Assembly (NCBI RefSeq): GCF_006345805.1
Contig: NC_043012.1
Span: forward strand, 27,590,001-27,654,000
DNA: 64,000 bases
Source of the DNA: Octopus sinensis
Taxonomy: Eukaryota
Direction of reading: 5' to 3'
Position numbers and translations under genes: made by a program. This document shows, piece by piece, positions 36,105 through 48,037 of this stretch. Positions within the stretch are counted from its first letter, which is position 1. Each line of letters begins with the position of its first letter. The notes below the pieces were generated by a model that saw only the letters and a program-made list of their open reading frames with translations, did not search any database and was not told the DNA's origin.

Positions 36105-37738
36105 AATTTCATGTGTAAGCTATGGACACATAAGAGGTGCAGCAATGTCAAAGGTAGGCTAACTGGGAAGATAGTTTTTGTATGTGGCAGATGCTCAGGA
36201 GCATTAACCTCCGAAAATCTGCAGAAAATAACTTCAGTCACTTTCCAAGGGGAAAAACTAGAAGTAGTTGATAGCTTCCGTTATCTAGGTGACCAAGTCA
36301 GTAGTGGGGGTGGGTGCGCTGAAAGTGTAACTGCTAGAATAAGAATAGCCTGGGCAAAGTTTAGGGAGCTCTTACCTCTGCTGGTGACTAAAGGCCTCTC
36401 GCTCAGAGTAAAAGGCAGACTGTATGATGCGTGTGTACGAACAGCCATGCTACATGGCAATGAAACATGGGCCGTGACTGCCGAGGACATGCGTAAGCTC
36501 GTGAGGAATGAAGCCAGTATGCTCCGATGGATGTGTAATGTCAGTGTACATACTCAACAGAGGGTTAGCACCTTGAGAGAAATGTTGTACCTAAGAGGCA
36601 TCAGTTGTGGTGTGCAAGAGAGATGATTGCGCTGGTGTGGTCATGTGGCGAGAATGGATGAAGATAGGTGTGTGAGAAAGTGCCAATCCTTAGCAGTTGA
36701 GGGAACCCGTGGAAGAGGTAGACCCAGGAAAACCTGGGACGAGGTGGTGAAGCACGACCTTCGAACTTTAGGCCTCACTGAGGAAATGACCAGCGACCGA
36801 GACCTTTGGAAATATTCTGTACGTGAGAAGACCAGGCAGGACAAGTGAGCCCAGCCCACTTATGAATGCCTTTCCTCCCTTGGACACAAAGACCTGTTGA
36901 GGCAAGCGAAGTCGATATAGAACCTCATCCGACGACAGGCACCCATGCCAACCCCACTTTGCTTGCGAAGACATGTTGGGGCAAGCGAAATCGAAATCGA
37001 AGTCAGAATCGGATTGAACCAGCCAGGATCCCTGGTCTGGTGGTACGTAAAAAGCACTATCTGACTCGTGGCCGATGCCAGCGCCGCCTCCACTGGCTTC
37101 TGTGCCGGTGGCACGTAAAATACACCAATCTGACCGTACGACAGGCACCCATGCCAACCCCCTTGCTTGCGAAGACATGTTGGGGCAAGCGAAATCGAAT
37201 TGAACCATCCAGGTTCCCTGGTCTGGTGGTACGTAAAAAGCACTATCCGACTCGTGGCCGATGCCAGCGCCGCCTCCACTGGCTTCCGTGCCGGTGGCAC
37301 GTAAAATACACCAATCTGACCGTACAACAGGCACCCATGCCAACCCCCTTGCTTGTGAAGACATGTTGGGGCAAGCGAAATCGAAATCGAATTGAACCAG
37401 CCAGGATCCCTGGTCTGGTGGTACGTAAAAAGCACCATCCGACTCGTGGCCGATGCCAGCACCGCCTCGTCTGGCTTCCGTGCCGGTGGCACATAAAATA
37501 CACCAATCCGACCGTGGCCGTTGCCAGCCTCGCCTGGCACCTGTGCAGGTGGCACGTAAAAAGCACCCACTACACTCACGGAGTGGTTGGCGTTAGGAAG
37601 GGCATCCAGCTGTAGAAACACTGCCAGATAAGACTGGAGCCTGGTGCAGCCTTCTGGCTTCCCAGATCCCCGGTCGAACCGTCCAACCCATGCTAGCATG
37701 GAGAACGGACGTTAAACGATGATGATGATGATGATGAT
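36105..37738 (+). mobile_element. Main-family RTE LINE 3' fragment with expanded 3' UTR
   Basis: ORFs 36111-36626 and 36627-36848; (GAT)n tail. Confidence 0.93.
36934..37570 (+). repeat. Higher-order tandem array in the RTE 3' UTR (3 units, periods about 206 and 186 nt)
   Basis: Units start at 36934, 37140 and 37326 with GACAGGCACCCATGCCAACCCC, each carrying two GGTGG(C/T)ACGTAAAA modules. Confidence 0.9.
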
Positions 37739-38889
37739 ACCTATTTTCCAAAAAGTTATGAGGGGGAAAATTTTGGGTCCTGTGAATTTTCTGAAACTCC
37801 TCTCCCGAACCCCCTGGAAAATTTCTTCCAACAAATCTTTATATTCACTCAATGTACAAGATATAAGCAATTATTATGTGAAAGTTTTCTTAAAAAGTAT
37901 CCATTTTTCTGGAAGTTATGAGACGGCAAATTTGGTGGGGTATTAAACTGTAGTTATATCTTTTTCAACAAAAGTTAACGTTAACGGATTAACTCTTGCT
38001 AACTTCCGTTACATTTTCAAAGAATTAACTGATTAATGAAGTTAACTTTTTGGTTAACGGATTAATGATTAACGAAGTTAACTTAAATTTTTTAGATGCC
38101 AAGTGTAAAAAGAAAGAATTTTTGTTAGATATTGAAGAAATATGTAGCTGGGAAGTGGTAAAATTTGCTGTACATAGTTTTTGGTATTAAATTTTGCATT
38201 GATATGTATTTAAACTTTTTATGTGCTTATTTAACATTTTCAGTTACAGATAGTAGACAGGCTTTGAGATATAAATTTGGTAATTAGTCTTGTATTTTAA
38301 TTTTTGTGTATGAAGGGTTCCCTAAACTTGAAGTGTCCTAGGCTACCCAAGATTTAAATCCAGCGCTGTTCAACAGATGGATCATCTGACCATAATGTAA
38401 TTAATTCTTGGATAGAATCAGTGAAACATTATGTGCAGCATTCTTTAAATTACGTGTACGATCCATCCAGCAAGTTTCCATACAGTTCCTCTCAACCCAG
38501 TTTCATTCACAGGGATTAGGTGAACTGAAAAGATTCTAGAACACGGGGATAGAACCCAGAATCTTGTGATTGTGAAGTGAACTTCTTCAATGTTCAGCTC
38601 TGCTGTGTTCATAATACTATGGGCCACCACTACCATTTCCATCTTTAATGCAAGTACACCACCAAAACTAAAACTAATACAACCAACACCACCAGCAATA
38701 TTGTCCTACTAACTCTTTAATGGCTGCTGCCGCCGCCGCCGCCAACATCAACGACGACAACAACAACAACAAGAGTATCAAGATAGCTATGTCAGATGTC
38801 AGTGTATCTGACTAATGTTAACTTTGTAGCTAGATATATGGTACATGTTACAACACAGTGGTATGAGAACTCTGATACATGTATATGTA

Positions 38890-39210
38890 TGTACTCTTTT
38901 ATTTGTTTCAGTCATTTGACTGTGCCCATGCTGGAGCATTGCCTTTAGTCGAACAAATTGACCCCAGGACTTATTCTTTGTAAGCCTAGTTATTCTATCG
39001 GTTTCTCTTGCCAAACTGCTATGTTACAGGGGCATAAACACATCAGCACCGGTTGTCAAGTGATAGTGGGGGGACAAACACAGACACACAAACACACACA
39101 CACACACACATACATGACGGGCTTCTTTCAGTTTTCATCTACCAAATCCTTTTACAAGTCTTTGGTCAGCCCTAGACTATAGTAGAGGACACTTGCCCAA
39201 GGTGCCACTG
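38890..39210 (-). mobile_element. SINE, near full length
   Basis: Head remnant GTGGCACCTTGGGCAAGTG, internal (TG)n and tail GCTCCAGCATGGGCACAGTCAAATGACTGAAAC on the minus strand. Confidence 0.88.
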
Positions 39211-40239
39211 TGTTTGTATAATTTTTAGTTTTATGGCTTAGTCCAGTTGTTCTCAACATTTTTTTTACATATGGATTCTTTTGGTTCTTATTTTACTCTG
39301 GTGAACCCCCATAAACATTAAATTAAAAAAAATCTTTTTGTATTTTTATAATTAAATATTATTAGGAATTGTATTAAGAAATTTAAAAATATCTTGTGTA
39401 TTGTCAAATGTGCATAAACTAACTAAATTCTATGGAAAATTAATGTTCACTAGTACAATAAGTTATAAATGTACAAGGACAAGTTTATTTTCCAAAAAAT
39501 ACTACTTTATCCCATGCAAGCCTTGTGGTTGATGTTCCTCTGCTAGTTTTGCAATATTTGGCTCCAGTGTTGTTGACGATAACTGTACATTTCTGTACAA
39601 TGTCAAGCATTCAATAGAAAGTTAGAGACAAGGCTGAAACCAGGTTCAAAAAGGTAAGATGATGGAAAAGCACTAACATACAACTGCACTTTCTTTCAGA
39701 GTAGCAGAAATGTTTTTTGTAGTGCTATTACTTTTCTATGCATTATGCTTCCCATCTTAGAAATTAGACAGTATACACTCTACAATGTTCAATTATGTTA
39801 GGTGTTAGAGAAAGAAACCTAGTTGTTTCTTACAATAAGTACATCTAATCCAAAGTTTTTACATGGATCCTTAAAATACTACCATGACACCCATTTTATT
39901 ATTTTGCTTGTGTAGACCTCCACAATACTTTATATATATCCTATTTGAGAACCATTAATCAGAGAAAGTATGTGCATGTCTAGATAAAAGGCTCCCTGAA
40001 AGGGCTTTCTTTTTGATGCACAATATGACCGTAATATTTTGATTCTGTAGTCACTCAAGTGGAAAACGGAAGAAAATTCATGAAAAAGCCAAGAAAACCA
40101 AACATAATGAAGCCAACTAAATGGAAAAAAAAGTCACATTCCTGAAATTTGTTTTTCTTTCAACAGAAGTTACATTTATCTCCCCTTAAAAAGGGAGATA
40201 AAATAATCTCCAGCTCTCTAAGGTTTGTAGTGAAGTGTG

Positions 40240-40270
40240 ATGGCGTGTGTTGAGATGGCGGTAAATTCAG
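40240..40270 (+). CDS. NUP205: Nucleoporin NUP205, coding exon 1
   Basis: ATG GCG TGT GTT GAG ATG GCG GTA AAT TCA G then GTAAGA gives MACVEMAVNS(G), similar to vertebrate MATPLAVNSA; its phase 1 matches exon 2. Confidence 0.85.
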
Positions 40271-41359
40271 GTAAGACTCGAAAACGGTTTGCTGTTTTGT
40301 TTTCTATGAGAAGCGCTTAATTTTATGTGATATTGTATTTCTTGTTACACTTCATTTTCGTTATGTACTTTATTATTATTACTAGTATTATTATTTATGT
40401 TGTATTTATCTTAATGCTCGCATGGTTTTTGTGCTTAATTTGTCCGTATGATGCCAAATTTTACTCAAACTATCCAAATGCAATGGAAACAACGCCATAA
40501 TATTAATCAGCAATGAAAACAACTTTGTGAAAACACTGTTTTATTCGTCTGTTTTAAAAATTTCATTTAAAAGAACATGATCAAGTGATGTTATTTCCAA
40601 TGAGACGTGATATTGAATTATATTTCTTAATAGGAAGAAGCCTCAGTATTGGTTCTAGATGGCCTAATAGAAGAAAATCTGTTTTCAGTTATCAACCTGG
40701 ACGAATACAGTATAGATTTTAGGGTAATTCTCACTTTTGGAAAATCTTCTCTTTTGTACTGGAAAGGGTTTATTTCATAACGAAAAGTTATTTCGCTGAG
40801 TGGATAGTCTTTTTTTGAAAACGAAACAAGGCATGCAACAAACACATCTTCAGAGACAAATATAAAATTTATTTTTACAAGAAGATAGGCAAATATATGC
40901 CCACAATTGCTAAACTTTGCTAATCTGTGTTCGTATAGACGTCGTGAATAAAGCTTCCCTCACTCCGTACAGTCGTTGCAGTTTCTTTACTCGCATCATC
41001 GCCTTTCAATAATTCTCTTTATGAATATGGCTATCGTTTGATTCACGAAACTGAGAGGAAGGTTAACAACTTAATGTGTATAGTTCTAATTAAATGAAAA
41101 CTGAACCTGGTAGGATCCTCTGACTAATGAACCACTACACCGATTACCCATCTCCGACGAAATTTGTAACGCTTATATTTAGATTCATCGTTATTCTGAA
41201 ATAATGGTTCTAAATAGTTTTAAGCCCTGACAAAAGACTGATAGTTGATGATATCACAACCTGCGGTAAAATTAAAAGAAAAAATGAGCTGACCACGATT
41301 AAATAACTTTGAACGTATTTTTTCTCAGAGCTGACCTGGGGCTAAATGTATTAACTAAT

Positions 41360-41865
41360 ATTAGAATTCCCATTCTACATATGGAAGCCTCTTTGGCGCC
41401 ACTACTCTGTCACCTGGAAAATGAAGCTCTGCATCTACAACGCATCAGACCACTCCATTCTCCTCTGTGGAGCAGAAGCGTGGCCCCTCTTGAAGAAGAC
41501 CCCAGCAAAGAGCACTGAGAACTATCACAAACATCAAATGGTACCATTATGTATTCAACTAAGAACTGCGTGCATGCAATCATCAACCTGCAACCTCTCA
41601 CCTCGTAGCTATCTGTCACATGTGCTGGTAATGGACATGTCCACAGTCTGCTGCTGGGTCATTCTGTCACAGTTTTACTCTTTGATGCAGCAACCGCAGG
41701 CTGGGAGAGAAACCTTGTGGAAGGCTCTGTACCAGATGGCTGAACATGATTGGGAGGCTCACTGTCACCTTGGAGGATACAGAGAGGCGGACAGCTCTCT
41801 ACGCATGATGTCTCTGGGATCACTAACCTAGGATGGCCCCAGCTTTATCAAGCAAGAGCATGAAG
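41360..41865 (+). mobile_element. Degenerate RTE-like LINE 3' fragment
   Basis: KLCIYNASDHSILLCGAEAWPL resembles the KLRIY..ILLYGAETW motif; decays afterwards. Confidence 0.6.
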
Positions 41866-42129
41866 CAAAGCGTATTCAAGTTTGAATCATTTCTGCTACA
41901 TGCACAAACCAAAATCACTTAAGTATTTTTGGAAAAATTGTTTTGAACTACCATCTCAAAGTGTGTGTGTGTAGTCATTTTTATGATTATGACTGTTGGT
42001 TGGTTTCAAATTTTAGCACAAGGCCAACAACTTTAAAGGAGGAGGTCAGTCGGTTAGAAACTTGTGTTTATTTTACTGACCCTGAAAGGATGAAAGCTGC
42101 TACAAGGGTAAGGGTGATGCGTTAGTAGC

Positions 42130-43500
42130 AACTGTAGAGGCATCAAGCTCCTGGACCAGGTGATGAAAATTACAGGGTTATTGCCCAATTAATTAGCTGT
42201 AGAATTAGTCTAGATGAAATGCAATTTGACTTTGTCAAGGGAAAAAGCACTACTGATACTATTTTCATAGCCAGGCAACTGCAAGACAAGCACTTAGCTA
42301 AGAATAAACCATTATGCTTGGCATTTGTTGATAAAGCTTTTGATAGAGTACCCATGTAATATGGTGGGCTGTGAGGAGGCTAGGGATAGATGAGTGGCTT
42401 GTGAAAGCTGCAGAGGCCATGTACAGAGATGCTGTTAGTAAGATGAGAGTTAATGATGAATATAGCAAAAAATTTGGTGTACAGGTAGGGGTACATCAAG
42501 GCTCAGTCCTCAGTCCCCTCCTTTTCATTATTGTCCTCCATGCCATAACAGAGGAATTCAAGACCAGTAGCCTCTGGGAACTGCTATTTACTGGTGATCG
42601 TGCCCTCATAGCAGATTCCGTATCAGAGCTAGATGGGAAATTCCAGGTGTGGAAGCAAAATCTGGAATCTAAGGGCTTTATGGTTAACTTAGCAAAGACT
42701 AAGGTCTTAGTAAGCAAGAAAACTGACAAGACCCTACCCACTTCTGCTAGGTGGCTCTGTTTGATTTGTGGGAAAGGTGTTGGCAGGAACTAAATATAGT
42801 GTATCCAGTGTAATCTATGGACAAATAAGAGGTGCAGTGGGTTAATAGGAAGGTTATGAGAGAAGGTTGTGTTCGTATGTAAAAGATGCACAGGATACAT
42901 AAAACCTCGGAAAATTGATTCTCTCAAAAGTCCTGGTGGCTCATTAGAGGTAGTAGATAATTCTGCTACCTAAGGGACCAAATTAGTAGTGGAGGAGGAT
43001 GCTTTGAGAGTGTGATAACTAGAAAAAAAATAGGATGGAGGAAATTCAGAGAGTTGTTACCTTTGTTGGCTGTGAATGGTTTCTCTCTCCGAGTGAAAGG
43101 AAGATTGTATGATGCGTGAATATGGACAGCAATTGTACATGGTTATGAGATGTGGCCCCTGAATGCAGAAGACATGTCAAGGTTACAGAAGAATGAGGCT
43201 AGTATGCTCTGCTGGATGTGTACATGTTTGACAGAGTGCTTGTGTATTGAGAGATAAGTTAGGCTTAAGAGAAATTAGATGCTGTGTGTGCTGGTTTGGT
43301 AATGTGATGTAGATGGATGCCGACTGCTCCATAAAAAAGTGCTAATCTCTCAAAGTAAATGGAACACGTGGAAGTGGGAGACCCAGGTAGACATGGGACA
43401 AAGTAGAGAAGGATGATTTTAAGAGGCTGAACCTTTCAGGTGAGACGACAAAAGACTGAGGTCCCTGGCCCCTTGCTGTACTCAAGAAGACTCATGCTCC
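42130..43500 (+). mobile_element. Older, more diverged main-family RTE fragment
   Basis: GVHQGSVLSPLLFIIVL, decayed YADD (FTGD), Cys-rich insert and C-terminal remnants. Confidence 0.85.
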
Positions 43501-43624
43501 ACAGCAGAAGTGTTAAGGGCAGTCACCCTGATGGTGAAGAGGATTGGCCGGCAAGAGTCCTGTGCTAGTGCCGTGTAAGAAGCACTTGTGTGGTACCATG
43601 TAAAATTATTAATACACAAGTGTG

Positions 43625-43662
<38 letters not shown>

Positions 43663-44329
43663 TTAAATCCTTAAAAATGTTTTAGCCCGAAGGCTGCGGC
43701 CATGCTGGGGCACCACCGCTGAATGAGCTACACTAATTTGTGAATCCACCTCTGATACGTGGCACTTGATCAACAAGGGAGTTCGATGCTGCTGCCTGCA
43801 TCCGCGTCTCCTGTCGTGAGGTAGGCTCATCTGGGACTCCCAACAAGAAGAGATCCAGTTTAGTTTTAAAGAAACCCACATCCACACCATGTAAGTCTCT
43901 CAGGCATTTAGGGAGGATGTTAAAGAGCTGTGGCCCTCTGAAACCCAAGCTGTTGCAGTATCTGGACCTGTATTTTGATGGTGATGTTGGAATCCTTGGC
44001 ACCATGCAGTGGTGTCCCGTTCTGCGGTTGGAGTAACTTTGAATGCCAAAGTTTGGGACAAGACCCTCCAGGATTTTCGAGATGTATATCACCGCATATC
44101 TCTCCCGCCTCCGCTCTAGGGAGAAGAGGTTTAATACCTTCAGTCTTTCCCAGTAGCTGATATTTTGCATTGAGACGATTTTCTTTGTGTAGCTTCTCTG
44201 AATTGCTTCGAGTTCTGCTGTTTGTTTTATATTGTGTGGTGACCAAAGTTGGGAGCAGTAGTCCAAGCGGCTGAGGACGAATGTTTTCCATAGGACCATC
44301 AGTGTCTCCTTCTCTCTTGTTCTGAAAGT

Positions 44330-46252
44330 TCAGAGAATCCATCCAGCTAGCCGTCTGCATTTTATCACCAGATTAGCAATATGCATTTGGAAAGATGCAT
44401 CATTGCTCATGTCAATGCCCAGGTCACGCACTGATTTTGACTCAGGGATTGCAATTCTTCCTGGGCCAGTGTATCCAGTCTTCACGTCGTTTACCTTTGT
44501 GTGCCAGTAGCGCAGGGCCTGGAACTTACCTGCATTAAACTGCATGTTGTTGTCCTCAGCCCACCTGTATATTGTGTTCAGCTCATGTTGCAGATGCGCA
44601 ATATTTTCAGGGTTTTGTATTGCGTGGGAGACTTTTGTGTCATCTGCATAGCTAGCAAGGGTGGTCATCGTAGCAACTGATGGCATGTCTGAAAGGGCCA
44701 CTATGAACATCAATGGCCCCAAGACAGTGCCCTGTGGGACACCGCTTGTTATTTGCGTTTCCTTGGAGGTGGCTCCATTGCTCACAACTGCCTGTTTTCT
44801 GTCTTTTAGGAAGTTGTGCAGCCACTCTCCAAGTTTCCCGCCTATGCCGAGACCACGCAGTTTGTGACAGATCATACCATGGTCGACTTTATCAAAGGCT
44901 TTTGCAAAGTCGAGATATATTACATCCACATTTGAGCCATTTAGTAGCTGTTTCAACACCCAGTCATAGTGTTGCAGGAGCTGTGTTAGGCAGCCTCTAC
45001 CTGGTCGAAATCCATGCTGGGTGTCAGACAGTAAGTCATTTTCTTCAAGGAACATGATTAGTTTCTTACGGACTATTTGTTCCATGACTTTGCTGATGTG
45101 TGAGGTCAGAGAGATAGGCCTATAATTTTTAGCATCTGCTCTGCTACCTCCCTTATGGATAGGGCATATTACCCCCTCTTTCAATTTGACTGGGAGCTTA
45201 CCACTTGCAAGAAAGCTCTGAAAAAGAAGCTGTAGCGGTTTTGCAAGGGCTCGTTTGCACGATTTGAGAAGGATCGCTGGGAATCCATCAGGTCCAGCAG
45301 CTGAGTTTGTGTCAATCTCATCAATGGCTAGTGTGATATCATCATCTTCGATGTTGATGTACTCAATTTTTGTCTCTTTGGCCGCAGGTAAAGTGGCAAA
45401 GAATTCTTCTGGGTTGTTTACTTGCCTGTGTCCTAGAGGTGTAGTGAACACACTTTGGAACTGTTCGTTCAGTATTTCACTTATCCTCGTGGGATTCCCT
45501 GTGAGAGAGCCATCTTTTTGGAAGAGAGGTCCTATTCTCTGGTGCACTGTGGCTGTCTCTTTGGCAAACTTAAAGAAAGCTTTAGGGTTTGATTTTATAT
45601 TTTCTATTACCCAAGCTTCTTTATCTGCTCTCTCCTTTTCATGAGACTGATGTAGACTTTTCTCAGTTTCCATTAGCATCCTTTCGAGCCGAGACTTCTC
45701 ACCACTTTTGGTGTGCTTGCTCAGGCGGTTTACAATTCTTGTCCGTCGTCTCATAAGAATCCTCCTTTCTCTAGGGATCCTGTTTTTGTTCTTGTGTGTG
45801 CTGGCCCTGCACACTGGGACATATTTGTCACATATGGCTCGTATTATGGACATGAAGTGTTTGTGTTTCATGTTTATGTCCGGTGTGGAAAGACATTCAG
45901 GCCAATCCTGTTTGAGGATCTCTTTCTCAATCAACTTCCAGTTGGCTTTATGAAAGTTTAAGTTGGAGAGATGGTGGGTGCTTCGTATAGGCTGTGTGTC
46001 TGCGGGGGCTTTTGTTCCATACATAGACAACGCTATTATGTTGTGATCCGAGATCATTGTCGGCATCACATTAACATTATGGATAATATCCATATTGTTT
46101 GTGAAGCAGAGATCCAGTATATTATCTGCCCTTGTTGGTTGCAGAACTATTTGCTCCATGAAAGAGGCATTTGTGAGATGGAGCAGGGACTCCACCTGTG
46201 TCTGCTGATGGTGTGTCATCCCTGGGAGCATCTGCCCCCCAGGCCATTCCAC
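44330..46252 (-). pseudogene. Largest open segment (640 aa) of CR1 ORF2, endonuclease C-terminus plus RT
   Basis: Uninterrupted frame containing all RT motifs, flanked by frameshifts on both sides. Confidence 0.9.
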
Positions 46253-46915
46253 ATTGGGGAGTTAAAGTCACCCATGAAGAAAACACTGTTGTGCTGTTCA
46301 GGTTGGTGAGGACTTCTCCTATTTTTGTTAGGCAGTCTTCAAACATGCCTGAGTGTTTTGGGGCATCTGGTGGGCGATATGTAGTGCATATGACGATATT
46401 CAGTTGTCTTATGTGTACAATTTGAGTTTCACATACTGAGTTTGAATATGACAGCAGGACCTGGGGCGTGAGGTCATCTCGGATGTACATTGCAACTCCA
46501 CCATGGCTCCTCCCTTTTCTATCTGTGCGTATGACTGCATATTGCGGCATTTGTATTTCTGCATCACCTATATCGGGTTCAAGATGCATATAGCTTGATT
46601 GCATGTCACAAGGTCTCTCAGGAATGAAATTTTCTTTTTACAGTTTCCGCGCAGCAGCCCTCCTACATTCAGAGAAATATTTTTGTGGTGTGTGTTTTGG
46701 TTTGGTGTCTGTGGTGGCCATCCTGCATCTGTTGGAGGTGGCCTTATGGGTGGTAGTTCCAGCTTTGTGCTTGTAGCCAGGTCAGAGCTGAACAATTTTT
46801 TGTGCCATGCACAAAAAAGATTGCTGTTCAGCTGCCGCCCTTCTCACATCTGGGTGAAGCTGGCCACTGTTGGGTTTCCGCGCACCACATCTGCAATACC
46901 GTCTTTCAGTAGTGG

Positions 46916-47566
46916 TCAGTGCGCTTTTTTCCCTTCTTCAACTTTTTCTTTTTGTTTTTGTTCTCCCTGAGGGAGGGACCTCTGTCTCGCGTCCGTGCGG
47001 TTTTGGTAGGGCCTCCGATGTGCAAAGCGACAGTTTGCACCTTTGACGCCGTACCAGCAGTCTCCCCTCAGGTAGAATTTGCAGGTGTTTCTTTCCCTGC
47101 CCTTACAGTTCTTGCTGGGGTCCCTCTGCTTTCTCTGGACAGGGCTTCCTTTAGCCTTGATTCTGTCACCCTTTACTTCCTGCTTCCCATCAATTCCAGG
47201 GTGCCTTTCCTTTCTTGCGGCCATCGCACCTCTTTGGTCTTCAGTTGTGGTGTTGGAAGCTGGACATGTGTCATCGTTTCCCTGTGTTCCAGGCTTCTCC
47301 ATTTGGCTCTGGATTCTTTCCTCATCCTTTTGGCCCTCCCTGCTGCCGTCACCTCCCAGGATGATGTCCAGGGTGTCCACATGTTGCCTGATTAGAGCGT
47401 ACAAACGGATAACTTCTCTCTTCTTTTGCTCTATCTGGGCGGTGGTTCTCGAAAAATTGTTGCTTTTCAGCGCCGCTGCAATAATATTGTTCTGCGAGTC
47501 GTCCTCAGCAATCCTCCAAGCACGGACGAACAATTGCACCTCTCTCGCAGACCAGTTTCTTGCCAT
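46916..47566 (-). CDS. CR1 ORF1 protein with Myb/SANT-like N-terminus and CCCH zinc finger, probably truncated
   Basis: MARNWSAREVQLFVRAWR...RTTAQIEQKKREVIRLY and CKFYLRGDCWYGVKGANCRFAH. Confidence 0.65.
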   Translation of the reverse strand: MARNWSAREVQLFVRAWRIAEDDSQNNIIAAALKSNNFSRTTAQIEQKKREVIRLYALIRQHVDTLDIILGGDGSREGQKDEERIQSQMEKPGTQGNDDTCPASNTTTEDQRGAMAARKERHPGIDGKQEVKGDRIKAKGSPVQRKQRDPSKNCKGRERNTCKFYLRGDCWYGVKGANCRFAHRRPYQNRTDARQRSLPQGEQKQKEKVEEGKKAH

Positions 47567-48037
47567 TTTCTTCTAGTGAAATATAGGAACAGAGAGAGAG
47601 ATAAGATGGAGAGGGAGAAGAGAAAGGAGAAAAGCCAGGGGGGGATAGAGAGAGACGAGGGGATTGTCCTGAGAGAAGAGAGAAACAGAAAATAAGAGGG
47701 AAAAAAGAGGAAAAGAGAAAGAATGGCAGGTCAGCAGGGGGGAGAGTGAGCGGGATAGAGGTGTTGTGTAGAAGGACAGGGTGGAAAAAGTGAGACAAGA
47801 GGGTGGACCCTAGGGGGAAGCGGAGAAGAAAAGAAAGCGGAGAGAGCAGAATCTAAGGGAGAGGAAGAGCAGAGAGAGAGATGGAAATGTAGAGGGAGAG
47901 AGAGAGGGGGCAGGATAGAGGTACCAGGGAGTGAAGTAAAGGGACAGAGAGGGTGGTGTCGAGGAAGGAGACAGAGAGAGGAAAAAAGAGACAGGGGGTG
48001 GTGAGCCTTAGAGGGAGCAGGGAGAGGAAATATGTAT

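Larger units (their letters stand above)
43661..48037 (-). mobile_element. Near full-length CR1-type LINE, antisense in NUP205 intron 1
   Basis: CT-rich 5' UTR, ORF1 46916-47566, ORF2 about 46700 to 43733 (SLNVGGL, SHGGVAMY, YRPP, SDHN, NYRPISLTS, DFAKAFD, GVPQG, YADD, YCSQLWSP) with about 3 frameshifts; 72-nt 3' UTR ending TTTAAGGATTTAAGG. Confidence 0.93.

Noticed and set aside
36860-37699. Long ORFs of 279 aa (minus) and 249 aa (plus) with internal repeats
   Set aside because: They arise from the GC-rich tandem array in the RTE 3' UTR, are open on both strands and show no protein motif.
40627-40845. 72-aa minus-strand ORF near the NUP205 promoter (possible divergent gene)
   Set aside because: It lies inside NUP205 intron 1, starts at a non-ATG codon, and has no recognisable homology or splice partners.
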